The notes below the pieces were generated by a model. It was not told where the DNA came from. It searched no databases and worked only from the letters and a program-made list of their open reading frames with translations. The position numbers were made by a program, and so were the translations under genes. From NCBI RefSeq assembly GCF_009914755.1, contig NC_060935.1: a stretch of DNA of 64,000 nucleotides. The stretch is one strand, 5' to 3'. Shown here in pieces: positions 16,701 to 30,363 of the stretch (positions are counted from its first letter, which is position 1; the number at the start of each line of letters is the position of its first letter). Origin of the DNA: the human T2T-CHM13v2.0 reference genome, Homo sapiens.

Positions 16701-17546
16701 AGGACTGAGCAGCAGCAGTAAGCAGCAAATAACAAGTAGGATACAAGCAAAGACCACCATGTGCACCCCTCTGTGGCTTCAGTGCCCCTCCCTCAGTGCA
16801 GGCTTACAGCTTGGTGGTGGAATCTTGTATAAGTAGGTGAAGGAGCAAAATGACATACTTTTGCTTCACGGGCAGGTTGGTTTGATATACGGTGTGCGCA
16901 CAAAATGGATGGCAGCTGCACGATGCCTTGGAAGGCAGTGGCAAGGGACAGCTTCACCATGAGGGAGCTTCAGGTGATGGCCCCGTGACTCATGCTGTGT
17001 GGAAAGAGAAGAGGCCTGGCTTTAGTGTCTATATAGGTACACGTACATACATGTGTGATCAGGAGCCATGGAAAATGGCCTATCCTGTTGACCTTGGGCC
17101 TGGAAAGAAAAAATATTAGAAGATCAGGGACAAGAATATATAGGGTAAAAGGGATAGAGGCACGTACATGGACATACTGGAGTGGACAAGAAGTGGGCTC
17201 GCTCTGCACTGTGTATGAAGGCCCATAGAGAGTAGCTACCATGGAAGAGACACTAAGTCAGCAACTAGACAAAATGGTGGCCAGTTGATGTCAGCCAGCC
17301 TCTGTCATCAACCACCCAGTGGCAATGGGCACATCAGTGAAAGGACCTCACAGGCAGAGATGAGGGTACTGCAAAGGCCCCACTGAATGGCCTCTGCCTA
17401 CCAGCGCTGGATCCACCGCCAGTGTCCAACGTCCTCAGCCTGTGACAGAGATGGATGGCGAACCCCAGTGTGGCACCATTCCTGGAGAAAATCAATCACT
17501 AACGGCTGCAAAGTGATTATACTAGGCCCCCGCTACCCTCAAAGGG

Positions 17547-18063
17547 CATTTCCATCAACCTAGAGAAACCTCCCTAAAGCTCTTCCTGATCCCCCACCTG
17601 GGAATTTATTGGGTGGCTGCATGAATGATACAAGAAACGTCAACAGCAAGAGACCAAAGTCCATCAATACTCAGTCCAATGGGGACTCCCAGAGGAGAAG
17701 GGGCTTCCCCAGCCAGAGGTTGATGGTGGCGAAAAAAATCGGAGGATAGAAGGACTGGAGAAACCAAAGCATTTATGTGCTAACTAGGGAGAGGTACATT
17801 TCCTGTGAGTTATTACCCTGTTGGCTGAATTTGAATCCTAAGGGACCCCTACAGGTATCACTAAAAATGAACTTGTTTTGTAAATTTATCACAGCCTTCC
17901 CTAAGGGGCACTTCTCACCCCAGCACACCTAGGATAGCTGGGGTGTCAGTTAAGAAGGGAGGTACATTGGAAAAGCAAGCAGGAAGACCTCGCTGGGGCA
18001 AAGGGGACTTCTGTCAAGTCGTATGACTCAGATATCACAAACTGGTGGCCCCATGTCATTACA
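17547..18063 (-). mobile_element. Solo LTR (MER74/MER73-like, ERVL class) inserted in the integrase region
   Basis: Splits the integrase PLP..KGQ motif. 5-bp TSD AAGGG at 17542-17546 / 18064-18068. Ends ...tcattaca. Confidence 0.65.
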
Positions 18064-19100
18064 AAGGGCCAGTGGTTTGTTCTTACAGGAATAGACACTA
18101 TTTCACACATGGGATCAGGTTTCCTCTCAGCAGGGGAGCTCCACTGTCTGTGGACTCATGAGGTATTCCGTCTACAGGCCTGAGGTCTCCTTAAGGCGTG
18201 TCAGTTCCATGGGTCCACTTTAGAGCCCAGGGGCCACTGGTTGTATCTCACACTTGATAGACGGTCAAAATCACCTTCTACAAGTATACCAGAGATGCCA
18301 GCTTAGAGCCCATGCCCTGTGATGACTGGATGACACCCTCCAGGTTGCAGCATGTGTGTGGAATCAGACCTTCCTATGGCACCCTGTTCCTGGAGGAGAA
18401 GACACTGATATGGGAACAGATGGCTGGAAACAAAGTGGCTCCACTTACCCTGATTCTATCACTCACGGAGGACGTGCTTCCCTTTCCTGCTGGGCTCTGC
18501 AGGTTTAGAGGTCCTGGTCTTCAAGACAGCGTGTTTTCTCCTGGGGACACAGCAAGATTTTCAGTAAATTATGAGCTACTGCTGCTCCCTGGGAGGGTGG
18601 GTCATTGTGTCCAGGGACCAGCAGACAAGATGTGGAGTCCCTGTGTTGGCAGGGGTGACAGACCCTGATCGTCAGGAGGTGGCCGGTCTGATGCTGCACA
18701 ACATGGGCAGGGAGAGGTACTCTTGGATACCAGGTGACCAACGTGGGGGCCCCTTGGTGATCTCTGGACAATTATGACTGTGAATGGATAGGGAAGACAG
18801 CCTGGACCTGGGAAGAGGAAGGCTGGACAGGAGCTCAGGTCCCTTGGAAGGGAGGCTCCAGACCATGCCCTGGCCACTGAGGGCAGTCGCGGTGGCCACT
18901 GAGAGTGACAGGAACCTAGTTTGGATGGTGGAGGGAGGGCAAGAGGAACATCACCTGCAGCCCCAAGGCCCACAGCAGTGGAGGGGCTGCAGCTCTCCCA
19001 TAGCCCTTCTCATGTAAGTTTTCCCTCTGGAAGAGAGGCCCGTGAGAATCCTGGAGGAGCTGCTCCCCAAGCACGTGTGAGCCTGAGCAGTGCAGACGTG

Positions 19101-19453
19101 TGTTATGGCCTGAGTGTCTGTGTCCCCTAAAACTCATATCCGGAAATCCTAACCTCCAAGGTGCTGGTGTTAGGAGGTGGGCCTTTGGGAGTAATTCATG
19201 AGGGCGGAGCACCCATGAACAGCATTAGGGCCTTTATAAATAGACACATGAGAGCTTGCCTTTTTCTCTCTGCTGTCTGCCATGTGAGGATACGATGAAG
19301 GGACAGCAGGCTACAACCAGGGAGTGACCTTCACAGACACTGAATCTGCCGGCTCCTTCGCGTCCAGCCTTCAGAGCACTGATCAATCAATGCTTGCTGT
19401 TGAGCCACCCAGTTTAGGGTCATTTGTTGCGGCAGCCCAGGTGGACTAAGGCA
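19101..19453 (+). mobile_element. MLT1A-type MaLR solo LTR
   Basis: tgttatggcctgagtgtctgtgtcccctaaaactcatat ... gcagcccaggtggactaaggca. Confidence 0.9.
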
Positions 19454-20989
19454 GGTGTGGACTATGCTAGAAACAAAGATGGGTTGTGTAGTTGCGGCGT
19501 GTGGTCTGCAGCCGCCTCCGGTGGTCAGCTGCTGCAGAGTCTCCTCATCTCACTCAGGGTCATGCTATGCCCGGGCGGTCCACACCCAGTGCCGGGGCCC
19601 CGAGGCAGCAGAATGGGAGAACCCTGGGGGGAATGACTCACTCCAGAGCCTTCCCCTGGGTCCTGGCGGCCCCGAGAGGGAGGACAAAGCTGGAGCACCT
19701 GCAGCAGCCAGAGAAAGCGTGCCCGGCAATGCTTCAAGTGCCAGAATCAGTCAGCACAGGTGGACACTTCAGCCGGAGGGGCTGCGGTTCCCAAACATCC
19801 CGAGTTATGTGACGCTAAGAGGAACAGGCACTCAGTGTCCCTGGGTGAAGAGAGGCTGGCCTTCCCACGTGCACGTGGCAGGTTCTCCTCTGCGGGAGCT
19901 GTCCATGAACCAGGGAAGGAAGCCCAGGAGGGACACAGGCAGGGACACACGTTCTCCTCAGGCCCCAGCTTCTCTCTGCAGAAAGCAATTTCCTCCCATT
20001 TGCTAGAGTGTCTTAATTTGCAGATGCCTACGTTTTGTAAAAATAAAACTATTTCTCAGTGTGTTGATATTTTTTCCTAATCATCTACAGAATTTCAACA
20101 GGAGTATGGGATTGTTTCCAACAAGACTGGCAGAATTTAGAAAACACTTTCAATACATCTTATTCTTTTATTAGCTTCAAATGAAACAATTGGTCAAGTT
20201 CTTGTTTTCTTTTTTTTCCTTTCAGACACTTAAAACATGCAACAAATGGATAATAATAATGACAGCATCAATGAGGATATTGATGTAAAATTATAACAAT
20301 TATATTTATTGATTATATTATTATAATATATAATAGTTAGTATGGCGATACAATAAGGATACTATGATATAAACAAACATTGGCTAAACCAGTTCTGAAA
20401 ATAGTTGCCCAAGTCCACAGGCTCCTCACTGATCCAGTGAATGAAAAATGCAGGCAATTTGCCAGGACATTGACTGAAAATATCCAGATAAACTGAGGCA
20501 AAAGAGAGTTTTAAGCACTAATTACTCAGGTGATTGTCCTCAATTTCTACTTTCCTTTGTTGGTGTGGAGTAAAATGCATGATATTCTTGGGTGAGGCAT
20601 TACATTCTTTTAAGTCTTTCATTTTTCAGCTACTAAACAATACCTCTCCTGCAAAATGCTAACACTAAATACTAAATGGTACTAAACAATACTTGCCATG
20701 CCAAGCACCAGCCCTGCCTTCGGAACTGACAGAGCTGGGTAGAGGATGAAAGGCAGTCTCTGGACTCTTATGAGAAGCCCTCCCTTCACCAAGGCTCCCA
20801 TGCCTGACATGCCCCTGTGGCACCTGCCCTACTCTCAGGGTCAACGGAGCTATCGCCCAGGCTCAGGCTGCTGAGGAAGGATGCGGACTGCCCAGGGAGG
20901 CAGGTGGAGGCTGAGGGGGGCACAGAGTCTTTGGTCTTCGGGGCTGTGAGAGGTTCTGCAGCCCTGCCTGGGTGAAGGGCTCTGGGTGG

Positions 20990-21485
20990 TGTCCTGGAGG
21001 AAAAGTGTCTTTCCCTTCCACCCATCTCAGTTTCATTGGCTGGGGCCTCTGTAACAAAAGACAGATTCACCAAAGAAAAGCATGCCAATTTATTGAATGT
21101 AAGTTTTATACATGACACAGGAAACTTCATAAAGAAAGACTGAAAAAAGTGGTTCAATCTGAGTGCTTTTGTGGCAGTTTTATGCTGAGTAAAATGTCGT
21201 GGAACAATTTGACCGGAAGAGGAGCAGGAGCAGAGTGTGCTCACCCAGGACACCCAGCAAGGACACTGTGCTCAGATTCCTCCTGGCAGCCCTGTGCCTG
21301 TGAGATAAGGGCGCTCTTTTCTTCTGGCACAGGAAGGGCATCTCTCACAGAAGCATCCTATGACTTGCTTCAGTGAAAGGTCAGGGAGTCTTTCTTGCAC
21401 CTGCCATTTCTCAAATTCCTTCTGCTTAAAATCTGTGCTATGCCAAGGTGCCATATTCTGGAGTAGTTTGTTCAGAAACCCATCA
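20990..21485 (-). mobile_element. ERV1 solo LTR (MER34/MER39-like)
   Basis: acaaaagacagattcaccaaagaaaagcatgccaatttattgaat ... gccatattctggagtagtttgttcagaaacccatca. Related to 25144-25782. Confidence 0.7.
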
Positions 21486-22277
21486 CATGTTTCATGGCTG
21501 AAATCAGAGGAGAACATGAGGGTGGGGATGGGAGGAGAAAGAGAAACAACCTAAGCTTTACTGGTTCTTTTCCAATGGCTGTGAGGTCTCATGGCCCTGG
21601 GAGTTTTCATGCACTGTGATGGGGTTTCTGGAGACCCGGGGGGCCTGGGTTAGGCGCAGACCTGTATTTCATTAGGGACTTTGGGCATGATTTTCTTGAC
21701 TACCTTATAAACTTGATGGAGAAAGACAGGAAGGATGATGGTATAAAAGGTGGATTGAAATGCACGTGAGCATGTGAGCTGCTGTTGCCCTGCTCCCTGA
21801 TAGACGTGGGTCAACATTTTCATGAGACTTTGAGTGACGGCTTAGAAGGCACTTTGTCCAGCACAGTCTTGGCTCTTTGTCCCAGCCCTGACTCAAGTTC
21901 CAAGCACCTGAAACCCTACTTGACCACATTTGAATCTGAATTTGTGGCTCTTTTGCCTCTGGGACCACAGCCTTGGGCTTAGAATCCTGATGCCACCCCG
22001 TAACCTGGGTCCCCAGAGACTTGCAGTTCCTCCTCACCTCTCTAGGGGTTTCTTGGTGCCTGGTTCTCTGGCACCATTTTGGGATAAGCCACCATCCAGC
22101 CTTGGTATCCACCACTGTCTTTGGAGGGCTTCCCTGTTTTATTCTCAGGCCTTTTTAACTCTCCCCCAAATTTGCCCCCTTGGTTGGTGCCCCACCTGCA
22201 CACTAAGGAAGGACACGAGTGAAACTTTTCAAACTTGCCAGTGACAATCCAGGAAGCAGAGGAGAAGAGGACCTGAT

Positions 22278-22923
22278 GGCATTTAGAATACTCACGAATA
22301 CACACACACAGATACAGGTGTATGAAATGAACGGCATTTAGAACACTCACGCATACACACACAGACACAGGTGTATGAAACGAATGGCATTTAGAACACT
22401 CACGCATACACACACACAGACACAGGTGTATGAAACGAACGGCATTTAGAACACTCACGCATACACACACACAGACACAGGTGTATGAAACGAACGGCAT
22501 TTAGAACACTCACACACACACACACAGACACAGGTGTATGAAATGAACGGCATTTAGAACACTCACGCACACACACACAGACACAGGTGTATGAAATGAA
22601 TGGCATTTAGAACACTCACGCACACACACAGACACAGGTGTATGAAATGAATGGCATTTAGAACACTCACGCACACACACAGACACAGGTGTATGAAACG
22701 AATGGCATTTAGAACACTCACGCATACAGACACACAGACACAGGTGTATGAAACGAACGGCATTTAGAACACTCACGCATACACACACACAGACACAGGT
22801 GCATGAAACGAACGGCATTTAGAACACTCACGCATACACACACACAGACACAGGTGTATGAAATGAATGGCATTTAGAACACTCACGCATACACACACAC
22901 AGACACAGGTGCATGAAATGAAC
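22278..22923. repeat. Minisatellite, 12 units of 51-55 bp, each containing a (CA)n core
   Basis: Unit ggcatttagaacactcacgcatacacacacacagacacaggtgtatgaaacgaac. Unit starts at 22278, 22333, 22386, 22441 ... 22869. Confidence 0.97.
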
Positions 22924-23049
22924 TTAGAATAGAAAACTTTTCCCTCGGGTAGAAGCGGCACCTGTGCAATGTGGAAAACTTCATATACAAATGAACTTCA
23001 GAAAAGACTTGGGAATTAAACTGAACGCAGGTTAATATCAGAGGGTCAT

Positions 23050-23290
23050 CAGCTAGCACTTAAATACCTCTTATTATGTGCCAGGCACTGCTGTAAGCAC
23101 TTTATGTGTATTGATGACATAATCCTCACACTAAGCATTTGAGGTAGCTAATATTATTATGAACCTTTTACAGCTGTGGAAACTGAGGGATAATTAAAGT
23201 AAAATCACTTAAGATCCTTATTGACCTGGTAAGTCACAGCAAGAATTTGAGCCAGGCAATCTGTCACTGTAGCTTATGCTTCACACCGCC
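23050..23290 (-). mobile_element. MIR
   Basis: tatgtgccaggcactgctgtaagcactttat ... ttttacagctgtggaaactgagg. Confidence 0.8.
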
Positions 23291-23304
23291 ATGCTTAACT
23301 GTGT

Positions 23305-23485
23305 AGGGTTCCCAACTCTAGCAAATAAAAATATAGCATTCTCAGTTAAACTTAATTTCAGATAAGCAATAAATACTATTTTAGTACATATATGTACCAT
23401 GAAATATTTGAGATGCAATCATATTTTAAAAGTCCTCTTCTATCTGAAATTGTTACTTAACTGGGCATCCGTGTTTTACCTGGGT
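23305..23485. mobile_element. MER53 palindromic hAT MITE
   Basis: agggttcccaactctagcaaataaaaatatagcattctcagttaaacttaatttcagataa ... tatctgaaattgttacttaactgggcatccgtgtttt; internal inverted symmetry. Confidence 0.8.
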
Positions 23486-24445
23486 AGTGGAGGGACGAGA
23501 GTCTTGGTTATGTTATGAGTGAAACTCAGAAATGCATAAATTTGGGCGGGCTAATCATTTCTAAGCTCTGAGTAACAATATTAATGACTGAAGTGGCCAA
23601 GTAACATTGAATGCAGAGCTTGATAAAGATGATGTTACACCCTGCCTTTCAGGCTCAAGGCCTAAGTGGGGTCCAGTAATGAACTACTCCTTCTAGTCTA
23701 AATCTAGGTCTTCTAACTGTTCTGAAAGACAGATGGGGAAAACCGCACAGTCAACCCGACCTCCCACTCAGCTCCAAGCAGAGTGAAGAAAAAAAATTCT
23801 ACAGGGGGTGACTTACTCTCTTCCCTTGCAGTTGCAAAGCAGGGGTCAGAGGAGCATAATCATATGACTGAATAAATGAATGAGCAAATTGGTACCAAGT
23901 TCTGGTAAGACATTTTCAGATTGAATAAAAATGTGGTGAATGGGACCCTGCCCCTGAGAGTCCCATCCCAGTGTCAGCAGCAAACATCCCTCTGTGAAGA
24001 GGAGCCCTTTCTCTCCTTTAAGAGTTGAGAGCAGCCTGCTTGGCAGGCTCTGAGTACATCAAGGGGGCTGCCTCCCAGCGGGGCTGATCCAAGGAAAAAA
24101 ACCTCACAATGGGAAAGAAGACACACAGTTATTACCAGTATCCTACGGAAGGATGTGGAAGGAAAAAGCCCCTCACGCTTTCCTACAACACCTGACCAGG
24201 GAGAATAGGCATCCCTGAATTATAAAACAAGGTTTTATATTTCTCAAGTTTCCCTAGAAATAAAATGCAGCAGTTAAGGATGTATCATTTGTTTTGCCAG
24301 ATCCTTGAAATGATTTGAGTGATCACAGTGACCAAAGGATATACCAGGAAAAACTGAAGCCAAGCTCTCAAATAATAGTGAGATTCCTACTGGTAGTAAG
24401 TTCAGGGTAACAAATCCAGACACTGATGTACTAACAACTCCTTGA

Positions 24446-24754
<309 letters not shown>

Positions 24755-25143
24755 AGAGAACTTTAATGAGAGAAAAAATACTAAGTCAATGCAGTTATCC
24801 TTAATTATTCACTCAGATATTATGTATCTTTCATTAGAAACAAAGCAGAAATTTGTATTGGGCATCATTAAAAATGTATAAGTAAACTTCCTCATTGACC
24901 AGTTTTCTTTCAGAATTCTCTGCAAGAATTATGCCATCTTGCAGAAAGGCATAATGGAAACATGGCAAACTGGTTGAAAATTTTTTTTTTTCACAGTTCT
25001 CTAGCAGTGTTCTCTCTAGAAATAGCAGGTGCTCTGTTGGATCACAGAAGTCTGGAAAAGTCAGCAGCATCAATCATTATTTTTGCTAATAATAAATTAT
25101 AATTTTTATCAATTATTACATACACATTCTGGGCTGCAGTAGG

Positions 25144-25782
25144 TGTAGGGGTAAAAAGGGAATGCTTTCCTCTTCACCCTCTGAGGGTTTGCTGAAAATG
25201 AACTGACAAAAGCCTGATTAATAAGAGAAAAAGACATATAAAATTATTTTAACGTGCAGAGCATGGAGAAATCACAAGGGAATAATTACCCAATAATCAT
25301 GCATTCCAGATGCTTATGTACCCTTCTTCATAGGAGAAGGGGAGGTGGGGGTGTAGGAGTAAACGTTTTTTAGGGAGAATGAATGGACTCCATTTTCAGA
25401 CAATGGTGAGTAAATAATTGTCCTTGGGAGCTGAATGAAAGCAGAGAACAAACAATGGTTTGGGACAACCGAACCATTCCAATTTCATCTGGGCTGTAGG
25501 TGTGATGTTCAATTTTTAGACTCTACCTCTGTGATATGAATTTTAATCTTCTCTGGTTAATGAAATTTCAGAGAAGGGATAGAAGGGATTGTGTTCCTCT
25601 TTGGGGGTCCAGTTTCTGGGTGTATAAGGACATTTTGGGGAACAGGTTTATCTTGTACTTTGGAAGAGACAGAAGACTGAGAGACAAAAGTAGGGAGAAG
25701 GTGAGAGGGATCTTGAGCCTGCTTCTCTAGTTTAGCAGGTCAAAGCACCGTAACTTGGGGTATTGGTTTCTGAGCCCCAACA
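25144..25782 (-). mobile_element. ERV1 solo LTR (MER39/MER34-like)
   Basis: TG...CA termini with perfect 4-bp TSD TAGG (25140-25143 / 25783-25786). Confidence 0.85.
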
Positions 25783-26059
25783 TAGGCATCTTGAAAAGGT
25801 CTAGATCATACAAAGTTTGCAGAAAATAATAGCTGAAAGCAAATATGGCAAGAAGGGTGCACCAATACTCAATTTACATGAGCACATGCCACACAAAATG
25901 TGGCATGGGCCAGGAGATATAGAAGGATGGGTGCCAGATAAGAGCCCTTCCTTTGGGTACAGGAGCTGGCCTTTCTCTCTGTTCTCTCCAGCCTGCCTTT
26001 CTACCAACTTCCTTAGAACCATTGCTGTGGTTTTACCTCAGCCTTTCTCAAAAACTTCA

Positions 26060-26435
26060 AAATAAATAAATGAAAAATGAACAGATCTAAAAGAAAACTA
26101 AATAAATCCATGACCATGGCTGGAGATTTTAGCAACCCCCTTTTAATAATTGACAGAACAATCAGACAAAATTAAAAATAGTCCACCTGGACAACATTAT
26201 CAACCAATGTGACATAACTGATCTTTTCAAAACACTCCACTCCACAATTAAGGAGTAAATGTGATTTTAAAGGGCACATTGGAAAATCATATACATTGCC
26301 CCTATATTGGGCCATGAAATAAGTATTAATACATTTCAAATTAAAATATTATAAAATATGCTTTGACTATAACTAAATTAACTATTGATAATATTATATC
26401 CAACAATTTCTAACTTCCATGTGAAACAAAGATCA
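26060..26435 (+). mobile_element. Old L1M ORF2 endonuclease-region fragment
   Basis: gctggagattttagcaacccccttttaataattgacagaacaatcagac ([10 protein letters not shown]-like). Confidence 0.65.
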
Positions 26436-26438
26436 AAT

Positions 26439-27352
26439 TTTTATTATTATTATTTTTATTTCAGTATCTTTAAGGGTACAAGTGGTTTTTGGTTACATGG
26501 ATGAATTGTATGATGATAAAGCCTGGGATTTTAGTGTTTCTGTCACCCGAGTAGTGGACCTTATACCCAATAAATAGTTTTTCATCCCTCATCCCCCTCT
26601 CAACCTTCCCCTTCTGAGTCTCCAATGTCCATTATACCCCAGCCTGTATGCCTTTGTGTACCCATAGCTTAGCTCGCACTTATAAAGGAGACCATTTGGT
26701 ATTTGTTTTTCTATTCCTGAGTTACTTCACATAGCACAATGGCCTCCAGTTCCACCCAAGTTGACATTATTTCATTCTTTTTTTATGCCTGAGTGATATT
26801 CACATATATATATTCATATATATCTGTGATGTGTGTATGTGCCTCTCTCTCTCTATATATATATAGGAACTATCTCTTGAACATTAGTTATTAAATTTTA
26901 TATATATATATATTATATATATATAGACACATACACACACACACATCTCATTTTTTTTACCCACTCTTTGGTTGATGGGCATTTAGGTTGGTTCCATATC
27001 TTTGCAATTCTGAATTGTGCTGTGATAAACATTCATGTGCATATGTCTTTTTTGATATAATGACTTTGGTTTGGGTAGATACCCAGAAGTGGGATTGCTG
27101 GATTGAATGGTAGATCTACTTTTTGTTCCTTGAGAAATTTCCATGCTGTTTTCCATAGAGGTTGTACTAATTTACAATCCCACCAGCAATGTATAAGCAT
27201 TCCTCTTTCACCACATCCATGCCAACATTTATTATTTTTTGAATTTCTAATAATGGTCATTCTGGCTGGGGTAAGACAGTATCTCATTGTGGTTTTAATT
27301 TAAATTTCCCTGATGATTAGTGATGTTGAATATTTTTTCATATGTTTGTTGG
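26439..27352 (-). mobile_element. L1PB-type 3' fragment with internal (TA)n/(CA)n
   Basis: gggtacaagtggtttttggttacatggatgaattgtat is an L1PB 3' end. ORF 27033-27287 is the ORF2p C-terminus ([14 protein letters not shown]). Confidence 0.88.
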
Positions 27353-27629
27353 ATGCAAGCATCATGGAGTGTATGTCCACAAACCCAGATGGCACAGTCT
27401 ACTACACACTGAGGCTATATTCCATCCCAGCCATGCAGCCTAGAATAACATCTGGCACATAAAAAGCACTCAATAAATATTTTTTAAAATAAAGGAATGA
27501 TGAAAAGATGATCAAAAGGGCTTATGGGTACAGTTGGAGTCGAGTTGTGCTTTGAAGTATTGGTAGAATTTGAACAGGTAGAGGGGAGAGGGAAAAGAAC
27601 AGCATCAACGAAGACACATAGTAAAGTGC

Positions 27630-28807
27630 TGCATGACCGACCACATATATGACGGTGGTCCCATGAAATTTTAATGGCACTGAAAAGTTCATGTTATAGC
27701 TGTCATAACACTGCACTAACATGTCATAACAATGCACTACTCACATGTTTGTGCCCAGGCTGTTGTAGACAAACTCACTGCACTGCTAGTCCCATAAAAG
27801 TATCACAATACAATTATGTACAGTACATACTTGATGATAATAATAAACAACTATATTACTGGTTTGTGTACTTACTATACTCTATTTTTATCATTATTTT
27901 AGAGTGTACTTACATTTTTTTTAAAAAAGGTAAACTATAAAACAGCCTCAGGCAAGTCCTTCAGGAGGAATTACAGAAGAAGGCATTGCTATCCTAGGAG
28001 ATGACAGCCCCATGCGTGTTATTGCCCCAAAGACCTTCGTGTGGGATGAGGGGGGAGGTAGAAGACAGTGGATATTGATGATCCTGACCCTGTAGGCCTA
28101 GGCTTGTGTGTGTTTGTGGCTCAGTTTTTAATAAAAATGTATAAAAAGTAAAAAATAAAAAAATAGAAAAGAGCTTATAGAATAAGGTTGTAAAGAAAAA
28201 GTATTTTTGTACAGTTGTACAAAAGTTTTACAAACTATCGTTGTACAATTATGTTTGTGTTTCAAGCTCAGTGTTATCACAAAACAATCAAAAGTTAACA
28301 AAATTTAAAAGTTTATGAAGTAAAAAAGTTACAGTAAGCTGAGATTAATTCGTTATTAAATAAAGTAAAGAAATTTAGTGCAGCTTAAGTCTACAGTGTT
28401 TGTAGAGTCTACCGTTGTGCACAGCAATGTTGTAGGCCTTCACATTCACTCACCACTCACTCACTGACTCACCCAATTTCCAGTCCTGTAAACCTAATTT
28501 TATAATAAGTGCTCTAAACAAGTGTACTGTTTTTAATCTTTTATCCTTCTTTTAAACTGTGTATTTTCTATCTTTAAACATTCTTAGCTACACAAATATC
28601 ATTGTGTTACAATTGCCCATAGTGTTCAGTACAGCAACATGCTTTACAGGTTCATAGCCAAGGAGCAATGCTACACCACATAGTCTTAGTGTGTAGCTGG
28701 CTGTACCATTTTCGTAAGTGCACTCTGTGATGTTTGCACCACTATGGAATCTCCTAAAGACACATTTCTCAAAATGTATCTCTGATGCTAAGCCATGTAT
28801 GCTGCAG
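27630..28807. mobile_element. Tigger3 (MER7/Golem) DNA transposon remnant; an extra inverted piece lies at 27358-27420
   Basis: accacatatatgacggtggtcccat, aggcaagtccttcaggaggaattacagaagaaggcattg, cactcaccactcactcactgactcaccc; terminal ctaagccatgtatgctg. Confidence 0.85.
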
Positions 28808-29269
28808 TTAGCAATGCAGGGCTGGATGTGCAGACTGGCATTCTGCTGGGCATAGTTCCTTATTTACTGCCTTCAAACAGGCTACAAAAAAAAAACGTTT
28901 ATCAGGCTTGGTCCTGTTAATTGTTAATAGTTAACAATTAACTATTATAGAGATCAACCAAAGTGCAATCAGTGCTTTCACCTGGGTTGTTGTTGGGGCA
29001 AGATTACTGTGATTTAGTAAGTCAGGTGTCCCTGCCATAGGCTCATCACTAAGAAACAAAGATAAGACCCTGCCTCTCCTTCTGCACCAGGAAATCAGAG
29101 CCACAGACCTAAGTGGGACTGTCACCAGGCAGACAAGCTAAGAAACATCCCTGGTGGGGTCACATGCCTCCGCATCTCAACACTTCTTGCACACTCACTT
29201 TTGCATTCGAATGCTGCATTTGCAACCAGAGGCCTAAGTTCAATCCTAAGTTGCATCATTTCTAGGCTC

Positions 29270-29600
29270 AGATCACCTTAGTTCAATTCTGGCTCTGCCA
29301 ACTTTTACTAGCTATGTGCTTTGAACAAATTGACATTTTTTTTTTGCTTCATTTTCCTGATCTCTAAATGGGGACCATTATAATATCTATGTCAGAGAGT
29401 TGGTGGCAGGGTTAAAAATGGAGATTGATGCATCTATTTAAATAGATAGATGTAGATACCTTTATCTGTATCAGTCGTTACTTATGATATATATTTATAT
29501 GTATACGTTTATACATCTATAAAGACATTCATATGTATAATATGTAAAGTCCTTACACAATGCCTGCACATAAAATTTTCAACAAATTGTAAATATCATT
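29270..29600 (+). mobile_element. MIR with AT-rich insert
   Basis: gttcaattctggctctgccaacttttactagctatgtgctttgaacaaatt MIR core. Confidence 0.7.
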
Positions 29601-30359
29601 ATTCCTATTCCCCAGACATTTGAGATAAGAAGGATAAACCGTAAGCTACTATTTCAGCTATTCTTTCTTCACCTCTGGGAACCTGCAGTATACTGCCTTT
29701 GTAAAAGGTAGGATCTGTGCCGGGATGTCTGCCAAATGAAGTTCTTTATCTCCAGCCTAAACACAATAGACCACATTCAGTGCACTGGGCTTCAAAATGC
29801 AAGCAAGCGAAATGCTCTCCTGCCAGGGCAGCCACACTGTGATGGCTTCGATAATCAGATTCTGGGTTTCTCAAAACCTTCTCCTTAAGAAAACGCTTCC
29901 TTTGGTTGATGCCCGTATCAGGGCTCAAGTCACGTTTCGGTCACAAAAGACCCAGGATCTTTAAACTATCACAGCAGCTCTCTGCTACTCTAAGAGGGAT
30001 TTTAAGCAGACAGTATCTGATCCTTTGATAATTGGAAGTTTGCTTTCAAACAATCAATAAGAAATGTCACAAAGCTCAAATCAGTGCAGCAAATGAATTG
30101 GTGATACATAATTTAATAACTAATGTTCAAGAGACAGTTCCCTTTTTACCTTGTAAGGACGTTTAGGCAATTAATCCCAAATGGGAAAAGTATATTTCTA
30201 AAATGAGATGGCAACCTGGCCACATTTACAATTTATTGTTTGAGAGGGTTTCCTGAAGTTATCACCAAACGAGTATTAAGCTCAATAAACATGAAGTACA
30301 AAAGAGGCTGTACAGGGAAAGCAGAGGCTGGGTACGACTATGGCTGCCTTTAGTGAGAT

Positions 30360-30363
30360 ACCA

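Larger units (their letters stand above)
16750..19487 (+). mobile_element. ERVL internal fossil (pol RNase H - integrase to 3' end), interrupted twice
   Basis: Degenerate ERVL Pol motifs: KWMAAA (16903), WKEKRPGFSVYIG (17000), WKEKY*KIRDKNI*G (17101), and integrase KGQWFVLTGIDT (18064). Confidence 0.8.

Noticed and set aside
22278-22923. CRISPR-like regular repeat
   Set aside because: No unique spacers, no cas genes and a primate context. The same applies to the arrays at 53 kb and 55 kb.
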